DNA of 64,000 bases from Cellvibrionales bacterium UBA1963 (GTDB taxonomy: Bacteria; Pseudomonadota; Gammaproteobacteria; Pseudomonadales; UBA7434). Of the stretch, positions 60,471-64,000 are shown one piece after another. Within the stretch, counting starts at the first letter, position 1. Every line of letters begins with the position of its first letter. The notes below the pieces were generated by a model. It ran no database searches, was not told the origin of the DNA, and saw nothing but the letters and a program-made list of their open reading frames with translations. Both the position numbers and the translations under genes were made by a program. The DNA lies in NCBI GenBank assembly GCA_002336035.1, contig DDED01000073.1, positions 3,799-67,798 on the forward strand, written 5' to 3'.

Positions 60471-62521
60471 TGTTTTACCCTTAGCCTTACTGCTTTCATC
60501 CGGAACAAAGCAACTAATGTCAGTGATACAGCTAAGCCAGCCAAGCCAAGCCAGCCCATTAGAGGAACGTTCTTTGCCGTTGTTTCTAAGTTACTGTAGC
60601 GCTCAAGCGCTCGTTGAAGCACATCAATGTCATCCTTATCGCGAGGATCGGTCTCAAATTTATTTTCAATGTTATTTGAAAAGCCATCGCCGTCAATATC
60701 GATATCACAGGCATCACCACGATGATCCGCGTCAATATCGATCTGAGCATGATTTTTTATAGCGGGGCAATTATCGTAGGCATTATCTATGCCGTCTTGA
60801 TCATCATCTGAAGGCACTAAAGGCCGAGCGTCATCACCGTCAGCAATACCGTCATCATCGGTGTCACGATCATAAGGGTCTGCGCCAGCCATTAATTCAT
60901 CACCATTATTCAAACCGTCTTCATCGTAGTCCTGCCGAGCGCTTACTGTGATAATAATAGTCACGCACTGAGTATTATTATCCTCATCGGTCACGCATGC
61001 TCGAACTTGGTACTTTCCATCTGCTAACGTGAGGTTTATCGCACGACTATTATCCGTTTCGGGCGTATAATTGTTAGTTCCTACACGCCGATAGGACCAA
61101 TTAATTGTGCGAATTACACCGTCTTCTTTATCTTGAGCTTTAGCGCTAAAAGGTTGATCGACACTTAAATAATCAAAGTCTTCTTCTGGTGCAGTGATTG
61201 TGATTGTGGGCAAGGTATTTTGTGTCACATTGACACTAAAACGTTCAACCCCTGTATTACCATCACTATCAGTTGCCGTGATTGTGATGTATGACTGACC
61301 TGACGCATTCGCTAACGGTGTGAGCGACAAGACTCTCAAAATATCATCGGTGCGACTTTGTCCGTCGAAAGTCCCCGATATAACCAATTGACTATTGGGA
61401 ATAAGGGCTTCATTCGAAGAGCGAGCAATTAAACCCATTTCAAAGGTACTACTCAACCCATGATTTAATGCATTGTCATTATCAAATATTGAAAATGACA
61501 CTTTACCAACAGAACCGCTCAATAAATCTAAAGGGGCAATTCGACTCAATACTGGTTTATCCCCCGCGCCATGCGTTAACCAGCCTATATCTGCTAATAA
61601 TCCTTTTGCTAAACCGATGCTGTTATAAAGCACGCCAGAAGAAATCGCTGGCTCCATTAATTCATTGGGCGATAAGAAAGAGCTAAAGTGCGCACCAGAA
61701 CTGCCTGACTGGTAATTGTTAGGTGCGTAAATACGCGGGTGTCGGAAACCATCAAACTGATTAAAACCAGAAACGAGTTGCTCACTGCCGTCACGAACAT
61801 TATCACCAGACCAGCAAACGTGTGGCGCATTAATGAGTGAATCTTTTCGTTGACTTGCATTCATGTCAGACCAGAGTAATGGCTGATCATGATCATGATC
61901 ATGAACTAAAGAGGAGTAAATGTCGGGTACATCGTAAAACCATGTCCCATTTTCGAAAGAGAATTTAAAAGCAAAACCGAGTCCATGAATAATTTCGTGC
62001 AGAATTATATTCAGCAAACTGTACTTGTTTGAGGGCACGCTACCAAACCCATAGTACCAAGCAGTGCCACTATTAAAATCCATAAAAAAGTCACTTATAT
62101 TAGGCGACCTGTCTTCTTTTAAATATTGATTAGCCAATGGCGCAAGGTAAAATGTTTTGTCTCTCGGGAATTCGGGTAAACCAGAAAAGCCACCGTAACT
62201 GCCTGCTTGGGCTAACGTATTGCCGGAGAGGGGAATGAATTTAGCATTGATATCAATATCAATGCGGATATTGATAATACTGGCAATGATGTCCGCTGCG
62301 TAGTCAAACACCAACGCTCTCTGCTGACCAATGGTTGACCCTGAATTTCCGTCAATAGCCGATGCTGGCGTTTGATCATTAAACCCCTCATTAGGATTAT
62401 CAAGATTAATAACATTGACCTTGCCCGCTAAAGCGAATGAAGGTGTTAAAAACAAACAAACACCAAACACAATGGCGATAAATTCGTTATAAAATGAACA
62501 AGCCTTTACCGTATTAATCAC
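60467..62521 (-). CDS. Secreted/anchored HExxH zinc metalloprotease (leishmanolysin-like pattern) with Ig-like domains, TSP type-3 repeats and a C-terminal anchor tail
   Basis: 684 aa. Signal peptide ...VCLFLTPSFALA|GK. HEIIHGLGF at 61985-61999 (HEIIH). Downstream GAHFSS...NELMEP. DNCPAIKNHAQIDIDADHRGDACDIDIDGDGF. Tail KNVPLMGWLGLAGLAVSLTLVALFRMKAVRLRVKQ. GTGA and ATGA overlaps with the neighbouring genes. Confidence 0.75.
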   Translation of the reverse strand: MINTVKACSFYNEFIAIVFGVCLFLTPSFALAGKVNVINLDNPNEGFNDQTPASAIDGNSGSTIGQQRALVFDYAADIIASIINIRIDIDINAKFIPLSGNTLAQAGSYGGFSGLPEFPRDKTFYLAPLANQYLKEDRSPNISDFFMDFNSGTAWYYGFGSVPSNKYSLLNIILHEIIHGLGFAFKFSFENGTWFYDVPDIYSSLVHDHDHDQPLLWSDMNASQRKDSLINAPHVCWSGDNVRDGSEQLVSGFNQFDGFRHPRIYAPNNYQSGSSGAHFSSFLSPNELMEPAISSGVLYNSIGLAKGLLADIGWLTHGAGDKPVLSRIAPLDLLSGSVGKVSFSIFDNDNALNHGLSSTFEMGLIARSSNEALIPNSQLVISGTFDGQSRTDDILRVLSLTPLANASGQSYITITATDSDGNTGVERFSVNVTQNTLPTITITAPEEDFDYLSVDQPFSAKAQDKEDGVIRTINWSYRRVGTNNYTPETDNSRAINLTLADGKYQVRACVTDEDNNTQCVTIIITVSARQDYDEDGLNNGDELMAGADPYDRDTDDDGIADGDDARPLVPSDDDQDGIDNAYDNCPAIKNHAQIDIDADHRGDACDIDIDGDGFSNNIENKFETDPRDKDDIDVLQRALERYSNLETTAKNVPLMGWLGLAGLAVSLTLVALFRMKAVRLRVKQ

Positions 62522-62988
62522 GGCTCAATCATCGGTAATGGACTTGTAATATCGATGATAATATTTTTACCGTCTTTATTAACCAAGCCAAGCGGCACCG
62601 AAAAATATCTTTTTTCATGCTGATAACTCATGCCTCCACCCATAGGCATTTTATTCACAACGAAATCTGAAGGGTTTAAGAGTGAATTAATCTTTCTTCT
62701 TTCTTCATTACTAACCTGTGCGTCAAGCAGTTCTTTCATGTTAAGGTCGACCATCGCTGCTGGCTGCGAGTCATTCACCGTCGCGAGTGCGGATTCATCG
62801 TGTCCAAGCTTGGCATCAACATCGGTTCGTTGGCCATTATCATTCTGCGGGGGAAGCCGAGCAGGCTGATTGCTCTTATTGATATTTTCTTTCTCCTGTT
62901 CACTCATTTTTTTTTCTGACACCACCCAAAAATAAGATCCAACGCATACAATATACACCGCCGCGATTATCAAAAAACTATTTTTCAT
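62518..62988 (-). CDS. Small N-terminally anchored protein of unknown function (first gene of the operon)
   Basis: 156 aa. N-terminal hydrophobic segment FLIIAAVYIVCVGSYFWVV, a low-complexity charged linker and a C-terminal ~60-aa region with no motif I recognise. Confidence 0.55.
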   Translation of the reverse strand: MKNSFLIIAAVYIVCVGSYFWVVSEKKMSEQEKENINKSNQPARLPPQNDNGQRTDVDAKLGHDESALATVNDSQPAAMVDLNMKELLDAQVSNEERRKINSLLNPSDFVVNKMPMGGGMSYQHEKRYFSVPLGLVNKDGKNIIIDITSPLPMIEP

Positions 62989-63548
62989 GGCCAGAACAAC
63001 TCCTATTCATTGCCTCCTTTTCAACACTATGCCGTAAAGTCGACCGCTCTACTGAACGAGCCCCTCGTCCATTTTTATGGCATTGAAAAGTAAAAAAAGC
63101 CACATTTTCAGAGCAACGTATTGATTCAACATAGAGTGGATTAAGGCTCTATGTGATGACTTAACGTTGTGGGCTATTAACTATTTGATGGCGTGTGAGC
63201 CTGCCTACGATCAGCAGTTACACTGCATGATGGCGCAGAATATTTACCCTCAACCACAAAGACTGTCTTAGCATTACGGTATGATAAATTGGTTGTGCAA
63301 ACGTATTGCATCTGAAAGCCTTCTCTGAATCAGAGATCTGCACTCATGAAGATGTTCCAAGATCAGACCACGCTAAATGGATTTTTAGTTATCAATTATC
63401 GGGGTTATTGTTTAACTGCAATAAAATGCATTTCTTTGCAGTGAATGATTCTGTAATCACCAAAGACAATAATCATTAATGCATAAACCATAATCCAACA
63501 GGTCGCACAAGTCACGGTGCTACGGCGACCTTTAACGTTAATTTACAT

Positions 63549-63572
63549 TTTTTATTTTTATTTTTATTTTTA
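63549..63572. repeat. (TTTTTA)x4 tandem repeat
   Basis: Read directly from the sequence. It lies in the 716-bp non-coding region between 62988 and 63705. Confidence 0.9.
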
Positions 63573-63704
63573 TTAAGAATAATTTTGGCGTGGTTTTGAT
63601 TCACGATCATCAATTTTTACACGGCGTCGATACAGAATGATGGCCCGCATCGCATTATGATTAAGTGATACGTCAGCTTTTTTAACGCGAACAAAAACAC
63701 ACTG

Positions 63705-64000
63705 TTATATCGATACCGCTAACACTCGATGCAACTCATCTTTAGTGGTAAGACCGCGGCTTATTTTTTCTTTGCCTGCATCGACTAAGCTTTGCATGCC
63801 GTTCAAGACCGCCTGCTGCTTAAATGCAGCCAAGTCAAAAGGCAGCGTAATGCATGCTTTAATTTTATTGTTACAGTCTAAAATTTCATAAATACCTTCA
63901 CGGCCTAAATAACCGCTATTTCGGCAGCATTTACACCCTACTGATGTTGCAGCATTAGTAGGCTCACTGCTTGTTGTATGGTGGTTGCTGTTAACGTTCT
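63705..64000 (-). CDS. GspE/PilB-family secretion ATPase, C-terminal 97 aa (the gene continues past the right edge)
   Basis: Not in the ORF track. My translation of the minus strand (frame from 63998) gives ...SVGCKCCRNSGYLGREGIYEILDCNNKIKACI...AVLNGMQSLVDAGKEKISRGLTTKDELHRVLAVSI*. The C..C..GY.GR.GIYE motif and the G.TT..E..RV ending are typical of T2SS/T4P ATPases. Confidence 0.7.
   Translation of the reverse strand, partial: NVNSNHHTTSSEPTNAATSVGCKCCRNSGYLGREGIYEILDCNNKIKACITLPFDLAAFKQQAVLNGMQSLVDAGKEKISRGLTTKDELHRVLAVSI

Noticed and set aside
1-64000. A scan of spacers of about 60 bp or longer for tRNA, rRNA, CRISPR repeats, IS ends and REP-like repeated elements.
   Set aside because: I could not find any cloverleaf-compatible sequence, regularly spaced repeats or recurrent intergenic element by eye. 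tRNAscan, Infernal or a CRISPR finder would be needed to exclude them formally.

Overview
This window looks like a chromosomal segment of a moderately AT-rich gammaproteobacterium. The gene order resembles Pseudomonas/Oceanospirillales (judged from memory, not searched).

**1-41.1 kb: mostly housekeeping, tightly packed**
- A partial TonB-dependent receptor with a Fur-box-like site.
- An acetolactate-synthase-like ThDP enzyme.
- A periplasmic-binding-protein and histidine-kinase pair.
- cysE and hemE.
- The classic pilMNOPQ-aroK-aroB cluster, followed by an AAA+/SPOR gene.
- Then mrcA, a malic enzyme, L31 (type B), priA, argS, a SPOR protein, hslVU, ubiE-ubiJ-ubiB, hisIE and tatABC.
- A four-gene cassette of unknown function at 37.3-41.1 kb: two methyltransferases, an alpha/alpha-toroid 'prenyltransferase-like' protein and a GT4.

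**41.5-56.3 kb: LPS/LOS core locus**
- It runs from msbA to waaL-GT4-lpxL.
- Its centre (about 43.4-54.2 kb) is visibly more AT-rich. It holds about 9 glycosyltransferase genes on alternating strands, separated by unusually long non-coding spacers.
- One glycosyltransferase is broken by a frameshift inside an A8/T8 homopolymer (51493-51500). This could be phase variation, decay or an assembly error.

**58.1-63.0 kb: the most unusual part**
- A translationally coupled three-gene operon encodes a small anchored protein, an HExxH metalloprotease and a protein with an RCC1-like propeller followed by an FG-GAP-like propeller.
- The two large proteins share a thrombospondin-type-3 repeat module and a 'VP(A/L)M(A/G)-TM-basic' tail that resembles a PEP-CTERM-type sorting signal.
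- The 3' end of a GspE/PilB-family ATPase gene lies at the right window edge.

I saw no rRNA, tRNA, CRISPR array, transposase, integrase or recognisable defence gene. All calls come from reading the supplied translations and the DNA by eye. No database search or computation was run.
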